From the IMG/VR virus record IMGVR_UViG_3300017774_006498, positions 1 to 27,406 of that record: a stretch of DNA of 27,406 bases; one strand, 5' to 3'. This DNA is from a virus. Lineage: Duplodnaviria > Caudoviricetes. This document shows, in pieces, positions 1 to 8,361 of this stretch. The notes beneath the pieces are model-generated. The model was not told the DNA's origin and did no database searches. It saw nothing but the letters and a program-made list of their open reading frames with translations. The stretch's first letter is position 1; the number at the start of each line of letters is the position of its first letter. The translations under genes and the position numbers were made by a program.

Positions 1-588
1 AGTGAATATAAAAATTTAACAGAAAATAAAGCATTAGATTTAATAAACGACGGGATAATATTATATGTTTCTGATGATTCTAAACTAGCACCGGGGTTTG
101 TTAAACCTAGAGGAATAGGCTTTATAGTGTATAATGTAGCTATAAAAGATACTTCAAAATCCATTTTATCTGTAACCGGCACTTTACCCAAAAACCCAAA
201 AATAGTTCAAATATTTAATGATAATTATGGAGTAATTGATATAAATTATATTACAACATTTTTAACTAATCCTGACAATTGGAAAGCTATTACTAGTGAA
301 GATGAATTAAATAATTTTATGTCAAAACATAATAAAATATATATAATTAACCATAACGGTGGTTCATCTGAATTAAAAGAAGCGTTTAATCCGTTTCTAG
401 ATACTGAAGAAGGTGGATATATGAGAGAATATATTGACTCTATAGCAGAAGAGGAAGGATTAGATTTATCATATAGAAGTGATTTTGATGAAGCCTTTAG
501 TAAAGCCTTACAACAACTTCAATCAGAAAATATATATCCTAAACTAAATTTTAATGCTATTGAAGCAAATAAAGAAGTATTCTTTTAA
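1..588 (+). CDS. Hypothetical protein, 5'-truncated by the window edge; acidic C-terminus
   Basis: The frame of ORF 127..588 is open back to base 1 (SEYKNLTENKALDLINDGIILYVSDDSKLAPGFVKPRGIGFIVYNV...), so GTG 127 is probably not the true start; TAA ends at 588. Confidence 0.75.
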   Translation, partial: SEYKNLTENKALDLINDGIILYVSDDSKLAPGFVKPRGIGFIVYNVAIKDTSKSILSVTGTLPKNPKIVQIFNDNYGVIDINYITTFLTNPDNWKAITSEDELNNFMSKHNKIYIINHNGGSSELKEAFNPFLDTEEGGYMREYIDSIAEEEGLDLSYRSDFDEAFSKALQQLQSENIYPKLNFNAIEANKEVFF

Positions 589-611
589 TAAATAACAACT
601 ACAAAAATAAA

Positions 612-1031
612 ATGGAAAAACAATTTATCACTGAAGCTAAACGTCTTCAAAAACTAGCAGGTATTATTACTGAAAATCAAGGACCATCAGGATATGAAGG
701 ATTATATGCTAAAGTAGATAATTTGGATAGAAATACTCAAGTTAATGCGTATCAATTATTAGATTTTGTTAATAACCTTGGAGGTAATACAGAAGATGAG
801 ATGGTTATCGATGCTATATTTTATGCTGCCCAAAATAATAATGCAGATGAATTAATATCTATTCTAGCCGATACTATGGGTGAAGGAGGTGGTTCTAATG
901 ATCCTCTTGCATTTGACGGGGTATTTACCTATTCAGACATTCAACAAGCTTTAAATGGGAATGAAATGTCTGATGATTTAAAAAGTCAAATTTTAGACAA
1001 TGATCAAATAAGAAACCTAGAAAGAGGATAA
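612..1031 (+). CDS. Acidic hypothetical protein with MEKQFITE..RLQKLAGIITE leader (candidate internal head protein)
   Basis: 139 aa; A-rich leader; first 21 aa nearly identical to the next ORF, the rest unrelated. Confidence 0.8.
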   Translation: MEKQFITEAKRLQKLAGIITENQGPSGYEGLYAKVDNLDRNTQVNAYQLLDFVNNLGGNTEDEMVIDAIFYAAQNNNADELISILADTMGEGGGSNDPLAFDGVFTYSDIQQALNGNEMSDDLKSQILDNDQIRNLERG

Positions 1032-1059
1032 TTAAACGACAACTTAAATAAAAATAAAA

Positions 1060-1386
1060 ATGGAAAAACAATTTATCACTGAAACGGCTAGAATGCAGAA
1101 ATTAGCGGGTATTATTACCGAATCTAAATTATTAATAGAAAATATAACAATACCAACATTGGATGATAAAACTTGGAAACTTTGGTTGCAACTTTCTAAT
1201 GAGGCCGAAATTGAGGATTATGATTTAGAAACTTATAATTATAAGCAAGTAAATGGTATTTTAAAAGAAATGAGTTGGGTAGCATCTAATAAAGATAAAT
1301 ATTCTAATTATGATGAATTATCTGATGCTTATAATGATTTTCTTGATAGTATATATGATGTTCCTTTAGACGACATGGATAAATAA
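1060..1386 (+). CDS. Acidic hypothetical protein with MEKQFITE..RMQKLAGIITE leader (candidate internal head protein)
   Basis: 108 aa; shares leader with 612..1031; followed by a terminator. Confidence 0.8.
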   Translation: MEKQFITETARMQKLAGIITESKLLIENITIPTLDDKTWKLWLQLSNEAEIEDYDLETYNYKQVNGILKEMSWVASNKDKYSNYDELSDAYNDFLDSIYDVPLDDMDK

Positions 1387-1405
1387 ATAAATAATACAAC
1401 AATAT

Positions 1406-1434
1406 AACCCGCCCCTAAAAGGCGGGTTTTTTTT
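1406..1434 (+). terminator. Rho-independent terminator
   Basis: AACCCGCC-cctaaaa-GGCGGGTT perfect 8-bp stem running into a T tract, about 20 nt after the stop of 1060..1386. Confidence 0.92.
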
Positions 1435-1501
1435 GTCCTTCACCATCTTATATATATGTATCTATTGATAGCGGTATGAAATGCACTGCTTTTAAAGAAA
1501 A

Positions 1502-1533
1502 CTTGGCTACCGCCTCCTCCCTTCGTATAATAC
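1502..1533 (+). promoter_or_regulatory. Putative host-sigma (Bacteroidota -33/-7-like) early/middle promoter
   Basis: CTTGG at 1502-1506, 20 nt between TTG and TATAATAC (1526); same CTTGG and spacing at 23530-23561; follows the terminator and precedes ORF 1559. Confidence 0.55.
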
Positions 1534-1558
1534 ACTATAACTATAAAATTTAAACAAA

Positions 1559-1744
1559 ATGAAATACAAAGAACAAGCCCTTAAAAAAATTGAAAAAATT
1601 GATCACAAAGTTGCTGCTTTAGAGAGCGCAATTAGTCGTAGTGAAGACATGAGCGTTATCGCTGGTGCCTTTAGAGACATGAGAGAAGCAGTATCTAGCT
1701 TAAGAGATACTATTTCTATCGAGAACGATGAAATGAATTATTAA
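1559..1744 (+). CDS. Small helical/coiled-coil hypothetical protein
   Basis: 61 aa with A-rich leader; first gene after the putative promoter; 2 nt from the next ORF. Confidence 0.7.
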   Translation: MKYKEQALKKIEKIDHKVAALESAISRSEDMSVIAGAFRDMREAVSSLRDTISIENDEMNY

Positions 1745-1746
1745 TT

Positions 1747-2028
1747 ATGATTACCTTTATTATTATATTAATCCTTTTAGTAGGTGTATTAGGTTATACT
1801 TCCTATAACTTATTTAAAAAAGTAGAGACACTAGAGAAAATAGTTGATGGTCAAGATAGATACATCCAACAGTTTTCTAATACTGTTGATGTTACTAATA
1901 AAAGATTGGGAGAAATTGATGACAAGGGAACATTTCAATCTGATGATGAAATTGGATGGTTTTTTGAAAGTATAAAAACCCTTCAAAACGAATTAAACGA
2001 CTTTAACCTTAATGGAAATAGAAAATAA
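1747..2028 (+). CDS. Small membrane-anchored coiled-coil protein
   Basis: N-terminal hydrophobic helix (ITFIIILILLVGVLGY), heptad pattern, SDDEIG motif; overlaps the sigma-like gene by 17 nt. Confidence 0.75.
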   Translation: MITFIIILILLVGVLGYTSYNLFKKVETLEKIVDGQDRYIQQFSNTVDVTNKRLGEIDDKGTFQSDDEIGWFFESIKTLQNELNDFNLNGNRK

Positions 2029-2767
2029 TATCCCCGTTGTCGAATTAACCAAATCCGGTCAACCCCGCAAACGCAAACCCAAAACATCCAATACTTATTT
2101 TACCGAAGACACCCAGAATGCTATTTTAGAGTATGTAGCTTCAACTGATCAAGATTTTAGAGATAAAGTATATCGTGAACGTGTAGAGTATGGATTTTTT
2201 AAATTAACGCAAAATATCATTCATACGTTTAAATTTTATTATACTGATGGTGAATCTGTAGAAGATGTACAACAGGAAGTAATTGCTTTTTTACTTGAAA
2301 AACTTAGATTATATAAACCAGAAAAAGGTAAAGCATATTCGTATTTTGGAACTATTACTAAACGTTATTTAATTCTTAAAAATAAAAAAAACTATCAAAA
2401 ACTTCAAGATAAAGGCGACTTACTTGAAGTGGATGAAGATAAGACAATTAGAGAGGAAATTATAAACGAGTATTATAGTGATGATTATAGTGTAAGTGAG
2501 TTTATGAAATTATATATTAAATATGTAGATAAAAATTTAAGTAAATTGTTTCCTAAAGAAATTGATGCTTTAACTGCTAATGCTATAATTGAATTATTTC
2601 GCAAATGTGAATCATTAGATATATTTAATAAGAAAGCCCTTTACATTTATATTCGTGAGATAGTAGATGTAGATACTCCCCAAATTACTAAAATTATTAA
2701 GAAACTAAAAGTATTCTATTCTGAACTATACAACCAATACTACTCAAAAGGTCATGTAATAACATAA
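2012..2767 (+). CDS. Phage RNA polymerase sigma factor (T4 gp55-like late sigma)
   Basis: Sigma region-2-like sequence EDVQQEVIAFLLEKLRLYKPEKGKAYSYFGTITKRYLI, an N-terminal NTYFT motif, and a helical C-terminus; directly upstream of the virion genes. Confidence 0.75.
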   Translation: MEIENNIPVVELTKSGQPRKRKPKTSNTYFTEDTQNAILEYVASTDQDFRDKVYRERVEYGFFKLTQNIIHTFKFYYTDGESVEDVQQEVIAFLLEKLRLYKPEKGKAYSYFGTITKRYLILKNKKNYQKLQDKGDLLEVDEDKTIREEIINEYYSDDYSVSEFMKLYIKYVDKNLSKLFPKEIDALTANAIIELFRKCESLDIFNKKALYIYIREIVDVDTPQITKIIKKLKVFYSELYNQYYSKGHVIT

Positions 2768-2782
2768 AGCTTTACAGTTCTT

Positions 2783-2791
2783 ATATTTATA
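2783..2791 (+). promoter_or_regulatory. ATATTTATA motif, putative late promoter
   Basis: Exact 9-mer in intergenic gap, 12 nt before ATG 2804; recurs in six other gaps. Confidence 0.6.
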
Positions 2792-2803
2792 ACCAAAATA
2801 ATT

Positions 2804-3163
2804 ATGGATTTTGATCAAGTAATGTGGGGTAATAAGAAGTTTTCTGATTTGCTCAAAGATATTTATAATAACTCAAAGGAAAAGGAAAAACAAATTAAAG
2901 AACTGATTGAGACATTAAAACCATTGGTTATTAATTCACAGTCGGCTCTTATGATTGTCCCATTAATTGCAGAACATCTTAACATAAGTGTTAAAAACGA
3001 CGACCAATTAATTAAATTAGCTAGTATAGTACAACGTGCTATGAATACTTCTTCTTCTTCAGATGAAGCGGCTCATATGATCCTAAGTGAAGCAGAGAAA
3101 CAACAATTATTCTCAGCTGTAAATGAAATCGGAGGTGCTATTGTAAACCCGGATGGAGAATAA
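2804..3163 (+). CDS. Helical hypothetical protein
   Basis: 119 aa between the sigma and hub genes; no motif recognised. Confidence 0.75.
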   Translation: MDFDQVMWGNKKFSDLLKDIYNNSKEKEKQIKELIETLKPLVINSQSALMIVPLIAEHLNISVKNDDQLIKLASIVQRAMNTSSSSDEAAHMILSEAEKQQLFSAVNEIGGAIVNPDGE

Positions 3164-3166
3164 ATC

Positions 3167-4366
3167 ATGATAATAAAAAATAATTTATCTTTCATTACCT
3201 CTAATATAGGGAATAACAACTACCAGGCTCCTCAAGGATATAAAGTTGGTAAAGTTTATGCTGTTATGTTAAGTCCCTCTAGTGTTCCTGCTAACATATG
3301 GGAAGAAAATGGGGGTTGGGGAGGTATTGGTACTGTTGTCTATCAAGAATATCAGGAGGATAATGAAATATCATTAAAAGATTTAACCAATAAATTTTTA
3401 AGTACATTACCTACAGCTCTTCCTTTATATCCTAATCAAAAATATTTTCCATTACCTGGGGAGATAATATTATTAGTAGATCTTCCTTCGGCACCTTCAC
3501 CTGTATCTGAAAAAACTAGAGAAACTTACTATTTAAGTTCTATTAATGCGTGGAATAGTCCCCAATTTAATGGTTTATTTTCAGAAACCGATAAAGATAT
3601 ATTATATGATTCCTTTATTGAAAATAAAGATTTTAAAAGTTTACAAGTATTTGAAGGAGATTATTTACTAGAAGGTCGATTTGGAAATTCAATTCGTTTT
3701 GGAAGTACAAACAAATCAGGAAATCAAGATTTATCCCCATGGTCTACTAATCCTACTGAGTTGGATAGTAACCCAATTTTGCTTATTTCAAACCAGCATA
3801 ATTATAAATCACCTAACTCTAGCTTAAATGTAGAAAATATAAATAAAGATGGATCATCTATTTATTTAACATCTAATCAAACCATACCTTTAGATATAGG
3901 AAATATTATTTTAAGTGGTATTACTAATCCTACTAATATAGCAGATTTCTCAGAGCCCCAAGTTATTGTAAATTCTAACAGGGTTATATTATCAGCTAAA
4001 TCAGATGAGGTTTTAATATTTGGAAAAACAGGAGTTGAATTATATTCACAAGGTCCAGTGTATTTACAAAGTAGTAAAGTTGGAATAGTTTTACAAGATA
4101 ATAAAGTCTATTTAGGTCCAGCTAATAATGGTTCAGATGGGCCTGAGCCTTTAATTATGGGATTTCAACTTCAAGAATATCTTTCTGATTTATCTGCAGC
4201 TTTAAGTACTTTTGCTTCTGTTTTAGGTCCTACATTTGCCCAACCAGAGGGAACCTTAATGGAAACTTTAAATTCAGCGGCTAGTGGTCTTATAGATTCT
4301 ATAGATGCTTTAAATATTAAATTAGATAAAAAAGTATTAATATCTAAAACAGTATATACAATATAA
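3167..4366 (+). CDS. Baseplate hub/central spike protein (T4 gp5 / P2 gpV-like), no evident lysozyme domain
   Basis: OB-fold-like N-terminus (GKVYAV...PLPGEIILLV), GDYLLEGRFGNSIRFGS, beta-strand repeats (QVIVNSNRVILSAKSDEVLIFGKTGVELYS); upstream of gp25/gp6-like genes. Confidence 0.7.
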   Translation: MIIKNNLSFITSNIGNNNYQAPQGYKVGKVYAVMLSPSSVPANIWEENGGWGGIGTVVYQEYQEDNEISLKDLTNKFLSTLPTALPLYPNQKYFPLPGEIILLVDLPSAPSPVSEKTRETYYLSSINAWNSPQFNGLFSETDKDILYDSFIENKDFKSLQVFEGDYLLEGRFGNSIRFGSTNKSGNQDLSPWSTNPTELDSNPILLISNQHNYKSPNSSLNVENINKDGSSIYLTSNQTIPLDIGNIILSGITNPTNIADFSEPQVIVNSNRVILSAKSDEVLIFGKTGVELYSQGPVYLQSSKVGIVLQDNKVYLGPANNGSDGPEPLIMGFQLQEYLSDLSAALSTFASVLGPTFAQPEGTLMETLNSAASGLIDSIDALNIKLDKKVLISKTVYTI

Positions 4367-5718
4367 TGGCTGAAGTTACTCAAAAAGATAAGATAGCAGC
4401 TGCTAAAAAAGCACTAGAAGAATCTCAAAAATTAGTTGAGAGTGCTCAAACACAATACTCTAAAGCAGAAGCTTTATATAATAAAGCTAAAGTTGCTGCT
4501 CTTTCTATTCAAGCATTAGCAGCAGGTGCTGCTGCTGGTGTTACAGGAGCTTTTAATGGATTAGCATCTAATGTATCTGCTGCCGGAAGTGTAACGAGTA
4601 CAGGAGAAGCTTCTGCTGCTGGGACAGCTATTGGAGAAGGTATAGGTGAAGCTCTTAAATTTCTTTCCCCAGAAGCAAGAGATGAAGAGATTGATAAATA
4701 TAAAGAAGAATTTAAAAAAATAGAGAAAAAAGCTAAAAAAGAATTTGAAAAAGCTAAAAAAGCACTAGAAGGAGCTAAAAAACGAATTGATGTAATTAAA
4801 GAAAAACTTAATGTTTTACTCACTAAACGAACATTAGAAGAAAAAGCTAAATTAAAAGAATTACGTACTCAATCAAAATTAAAAACAAATAAACTTAGAT
4901 TAAAATTTAATAAAGCTAAATTAAAAGCAGGTTTAAAGAAGTTTGTTAAGGCTATAGGTCCTATAATTATTGTATTAATATTAGCACGAGTATTAAATAT
5001 TTTTATTACTCGACTAGCAGACACTGTAACTAGATTAGGTGCTTTAGTGGATAAAACTAATGAAATTATTCAAGCTGCTACAACTAAAGAAGATATTAAA
5101 AAAGCAAAAGTAGCTAGAGATGCTGCTCTAGTAACACTTGCATCCGCCGAAAGACAAGTAGAAGCTTTTAGAAAAACTATTAATACTTTAAATACTATAA
5201 TAATAGTTTTTACTTTATTATTATCTATATTAGCAGCATTACCTACAGCACCCTATCAAATAGCTACTATTGGTATAATAGCTTCTCGACTGATAGCTAA
5301 ATTCAACCCAGTACTAATATCATTAGGAATTTTACTTCAAGTTTCATTAACTACTTTAGATGGGTTTTTAAATACTATTCAATATGAACGTTCTAGATTA
5401 CTTCCTTTAAATGATGTTTTAGAACAAGCGGATGCTCAAAATTTAACCCCTGAGGAGGTACGTGATTTATTAGTCGCATCATCTTTTAATACTGGTTTAG
5501 GTCCTGTAGAAGGAGTTGTATATAGTGGTTTTACTTTTTCTATAGTAGAAGAAGAAAATCCTGAATTTATTGTAGCAGGGAATAAACGTAGATATGCTGT
5601 TGCCTTGGATAGAAGTGGATTTGTAGCATTACAGTCGGCTCCATCATTTACATTAGATCCTAATGTACTTATTGAAGAATTAAAATTAGAAATCGATAAA
5701 CGAAATCTTGAAGCTTAA
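4366..5718 (+). CDS. Coiled-coil protein with Ala/Gly-rich and hydrophobic (putative transmembrane) segments
   Basis: Lys/Glu-rich heptads, AAGAAAGVTGA segment, hydrophobic stretches at ~4951-5007 and ~5194-5349; translationally coupled (TAATG) to the spike gene. Confidence 0.75.
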   Translation: MAEVTQKDKIAAAKKALEESQKLVESAQTQYSKAEALYNKAKVAALSIQALAAGAAAGVTGAFNGLASNVSAAGSVTSTGEASAAGTAIGEGIGEALKFLSPEARDEEIDKYKEEFKKIEKKAKKEFEKAKKALEGAKKRIDVIKEKLNVLLTKRTLEEKAKLKELRTQSKLKTNKLRLKFNKAKLKAGLKKFVKAIGPIIIVLILARVLNIFITRLADTVTRLGALVDKTNEIIQAATTKEDIKKAKVARDAALVTLASAERQVEAFRKTINTLNTIIIVFTLLLSILAALPTAPYQIATIGIIASRLIAKFNPVLISLGILLQVSLTTLDGFLNTIQYERSRLLPLNDVLEQADAQNLTPEEVRDLLVASSFNTGLGPVEGVVYSGFTFSIVEEENPEFIVAGNKRRYAVALDRSGFVALQSAPSFTLDPNVLIEELKLEIDKRNLEA

Positions 5719-5726
5719 TATTTATA
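5718..5726 (+). promoter_or_regulatory. ATATTTATA motif, putative late promoter
   Basis: Exact motif overlapping the stop of the previous gene, 3 nt before ATG 5730. Confidence 0.5.
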
Positions 5727-5729
5727 GAT

Positions 5730-6107
5730 ATGAAAACAAATGAATTAAAAACTCTTATTAAAGAGGCTGTGAGAGAAGTTCTTAGAGAAGAACTAGCAGA
5801 ATTGGGAAAACAGAAAATTAATGAATCCTTATCTAGAGGATTACCCCATAACCAACCTAATTCTACTATTTCCGATAGCCAAGCATGGCCTACCATGAAT
5901 TTTAACTCTACTAATACCAACCCCGCAGCTAGTAAAGAAGCTATTCGCCAATCCTTAATGGATCAAATGGGTATAGCTGCTCCTTCAGTAGCTCCACCTA
6001 CAACATTTGCTGAGAAACAAAATGTATATTCGGATATGTTAGCTCAAGTAGCTAATGATATGAGAAATAACCCTGCGGACATAAGTAATTTTAGAAATAT
6101 CCAATAA
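5730..6107 (+). CDS. Hypothetical protein with LKTLIKEAVREVLREE N-terminal helix
   Basis: 125 aa; coupled to the gp25-like gene by TAATG. Confidence 0.75.
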   Translation: MKTNELKTLIKEAVREVLREELAELGKQKINESLSRGLPHNQPNSTISDSQAWPTMNFNSTNTNPAASKEAIRQSLMDQMGIAAPSVAPPTTFAEKQNVYSDMLAQVANDMRNNPADISNFRNIQ

Positions 6108-6517
6108 TGGCATATATAAGAAGTAATAGAGTTGATCCTAGAGACTTTCAAGTCAATACAGCTATAGGAGTTGCTTTACCTTTTAATGCTCCTGGTGTGT
6201 TTAATAGCGTATACTCTACTAGAGACCAGATTAAATATAATCTAATTAATTTGATTTTAACATCTAAAGGAGAACGAATTGGACACCCCAATTTTGGTAC
6301 AATTTTAAAACAGCAATTATTTGAACCTATTACAGATGAAACATTCCCACTTATTAAAAACAGCATAGTTACTGCTGTAGATCAATATCTACCAGAAATT
6401 ACCGTAAATTTTATTGATTTGGTACCTTTTGAAGATGAAAATACTTTAGCAGTAACAATGGATTATACAATACTACTTTCAAATCAATCTGATAGTGTAA
6501 TAATTAATATAACATAA
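6107..6517 (+). CDS. Baseplate wedge protein, T4 gp25 / P2 gpW-like
   Basis: IKYNLINLILTSKGERIGHPNFGT...LFEP motif typical of GPW/gp25; adjacent to the gp6-like gene. Confidence 0.88.
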   Translation: MAYIRSNRVDPRDFQVNTAIGVALPFNAPGVFNSVYSTRDQIKYNLINLILTSKGERIGHPNFGTILKQQLFEPITDETFPLIKNSIVTAVDQYLPEITVNFIDLVPFEDENTLAVTMDYTILLSNQSDSVIINIT

Positions 6518-8328
6518 TGGCCCAAAACAAGAACATATCTTATTTAAATAAGAACTTTACTCAATATAAAGCATCTCTTATTGATTTTGCTAAGAATTAT
6601 TTTCCTAATACCTATACTGATTTCTCAGATACGTCTCCTGGTACGATGTTTATTGAGATGTCCTCATATGTTGGGGATGTTTTATCTTTTTATATAGACA
6701 CTCAAATACAAGAGAATTTTGTATTGACCGCTAAGGAAAAGGAAAATTTATTTAATATGGCATATTCTTTAGGATATCGTCCTAAATTATCATATGCTTC
6801 TGTTACTACAATTGATTTTTACCAACAAGTCCCTATCCTTAATAATGCCCCTAATTTAGATTATGCTCTTATAATCCCTGAAAATACTGTATTAACATCA
6901 AATTCAACCCAGACTAAGTTTCTAACAACTCAAAAAGTTGATTTTACTGATACTGGGTCTACAGAAATTAGTTTATTTGATGGGAATAATTATTTATTTA
7001 GACAATCAGTAAAGGCAGTATCAGCTGAAGTGAAGACAGCTACATTTACTTTTGGAGCACCTGTAAAATTCACATCAGTTGAAATAAATGATCCTAACTT
7101 TCTTCAAATAATTAATGTTAATGGAAATGATGGAAGTCAATGGTATGAAGTACCTTATTTAGCTCAATCTACTATTGTAAATAAAACAGTTAATACAGGT
7201 CCTTCCTCTAATCAAGTACCTTATTTAATAAGTTTACTTGAAACTCCTAATAGATTTGTATCTAGAATTAGAACAGATGGTGTTGTAGAATTACAATTCG
7301 GTTCTGGGATGTATGTAAATCAAGATGATGATTTAATCATTCCAACCCCAGATAATATTCAATTAGGAATGGTACCTTCTGTTGACACTTCAGATTTAAT
7401 TAGTAATTATAACCAAGCTGCTGTATTTTATACTAAACAATATGGTACTGTTCCTTCTCAAATAGTTTTAAATGTCCAATATCTATCAGGGGGAGGGATA
7501 GAGGCTAATTTACCAGCAAATAGTATTACTTCAATTACATCTATTAGTAATATAGGAGCTTTTAATCCCATTTACACTAACGCATCTCTTAGCACTTTAG
7601 TCGCAGGTAATCCAATACCTTCTATAGGTGGCCGAAGTGGTGATACTATAGAAGAAGTGCGTTTAAACACGCTTAATGCATTCTCAGCACAATTAAGATC
7701 AGTAACTAAAGATGATTATATGACTCGCGCTTTAAGTATGCCTTCAGATTTTGGTACCATAGCTAAAGTATATGTTGAACAAGCTACTGCATTATCTGTA
7801 AATGCCGGTAATGATCCTTTAATTGATAATAACCCATTAGCCTTATCTATGTATGTGTTAGCATATAATGATACTAAAAAATTAGTTAATGCTACTACAA
7901 ATTTAAAAACTAATTTAAAAGAATATTTAGAACCATTCAGAATGGTTACTGATGCTGTCATTATTAAAGATGCCTATTATATTAATTTAGGTTTAAGTTT
8001 TGATATAACCACCATACCAGGGTTAAGTAATAATCAGATATTAACTGATTGTATAACTGCTCTTATCAGTTATTTTAATATAGATAAGTGGCAAATTAAT
8101 CAACCTATCATACTCTCAGATGTAAATTCTGTTTTATTACAAGTAAAAGGAGTACAATCTGTTACAAAAATTCAATTCACAAATAAATCTGGGGGTAATT
8201 ATTCTCCATATAGTTATGATGTTACTGGTGCTTTTAGAAGTGATATTTTATATCCTTCTTTAGATCCTGCTGTGTTTGAAATAAGATATCCTGATTTAGA
8301 TATACAAGGTAGGGTTATAGCTTTTTAA
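6517..8328 (+). CDS. Baseplate wedge protein, T4 gp6 / baseplate J-like
   Basis: NFTQYKASLIDF...YTDFSDTSPGTMFIEMSSYVGDVLSFYID...LGYRP N-terminus; GGRSGDTIEEVRLN...QLRSVTKDDY motif; 603 aa. Confidence 0.9.
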   Translation: MAQNKNISYLNKNFTQYKASLIDFAKNYFPNTYTDFSDTSPGTMFIEMSSYVGDVLSFYIDTQIQENFVLTAKEKENLFNMAYSLGYRPKLSYASVTTIDFYQQVPILNNAPNLDYALIIPENTVLTSNSTQTKFLTTQKVDFTDTGSTEISLFDGNNYLFRQSVKAVSAEVKTATFTFGAPVKFTSVEINDPNFLQIINVNGNDGSQWYEVPYLAQSTIVNKTVNTGPSSNQVPYLISLLETPNRFVSRIRTDGVVELQFGSGMYVNQDDDLIIPTPDNIQLGMVPSVDTSDLISNYNQAAVFYTKQYGTVPSQIVLNVQYLSGGGIEANLPANSITSITSISNIGAFNPIYTNASLSTLVAGNPIPSIGGRSGDTIEEVRLNTLNAFSAQLRSVTKDDYMTRALSMPSDFGTIAKVYVEQATALSVNAGNDPLIDNNPLALSMYVLAYNDTKKLVNATTNLKTNLKEYLEPFRMVTDAVIIKDAYYINLGLSFDITTIPGLSNNQILTDCITALISYFNIDKWQINQPIILSDVNSVLLQVKGVQSVTKIQFTNKSGGNYSPYSYDVTGAFRSDILYPSLDPAVFEIRYPDLDIQGRVIAF

Positions 8329-8335
8329 TAACTTT

Positions 8336-8344
8336 ATATTTATA
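8336..8344 (+). promoter_or_regulatory. ATATTTATA motif, putative late promoter
   Basis: Exact motif in intergenic gap, 17 nt before ATG 8362. Confidence 0.6.
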
Positions 8345-8361
8345 GCAAATAAATAATATAA

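Noticed and set aside
1435-1558. tRNA or structured ncRNA in the longest intergenic gap
   Set aside because: No cloverleaf or convincing stem beyond the terminator; the gap is explained by terminator plus promoter.
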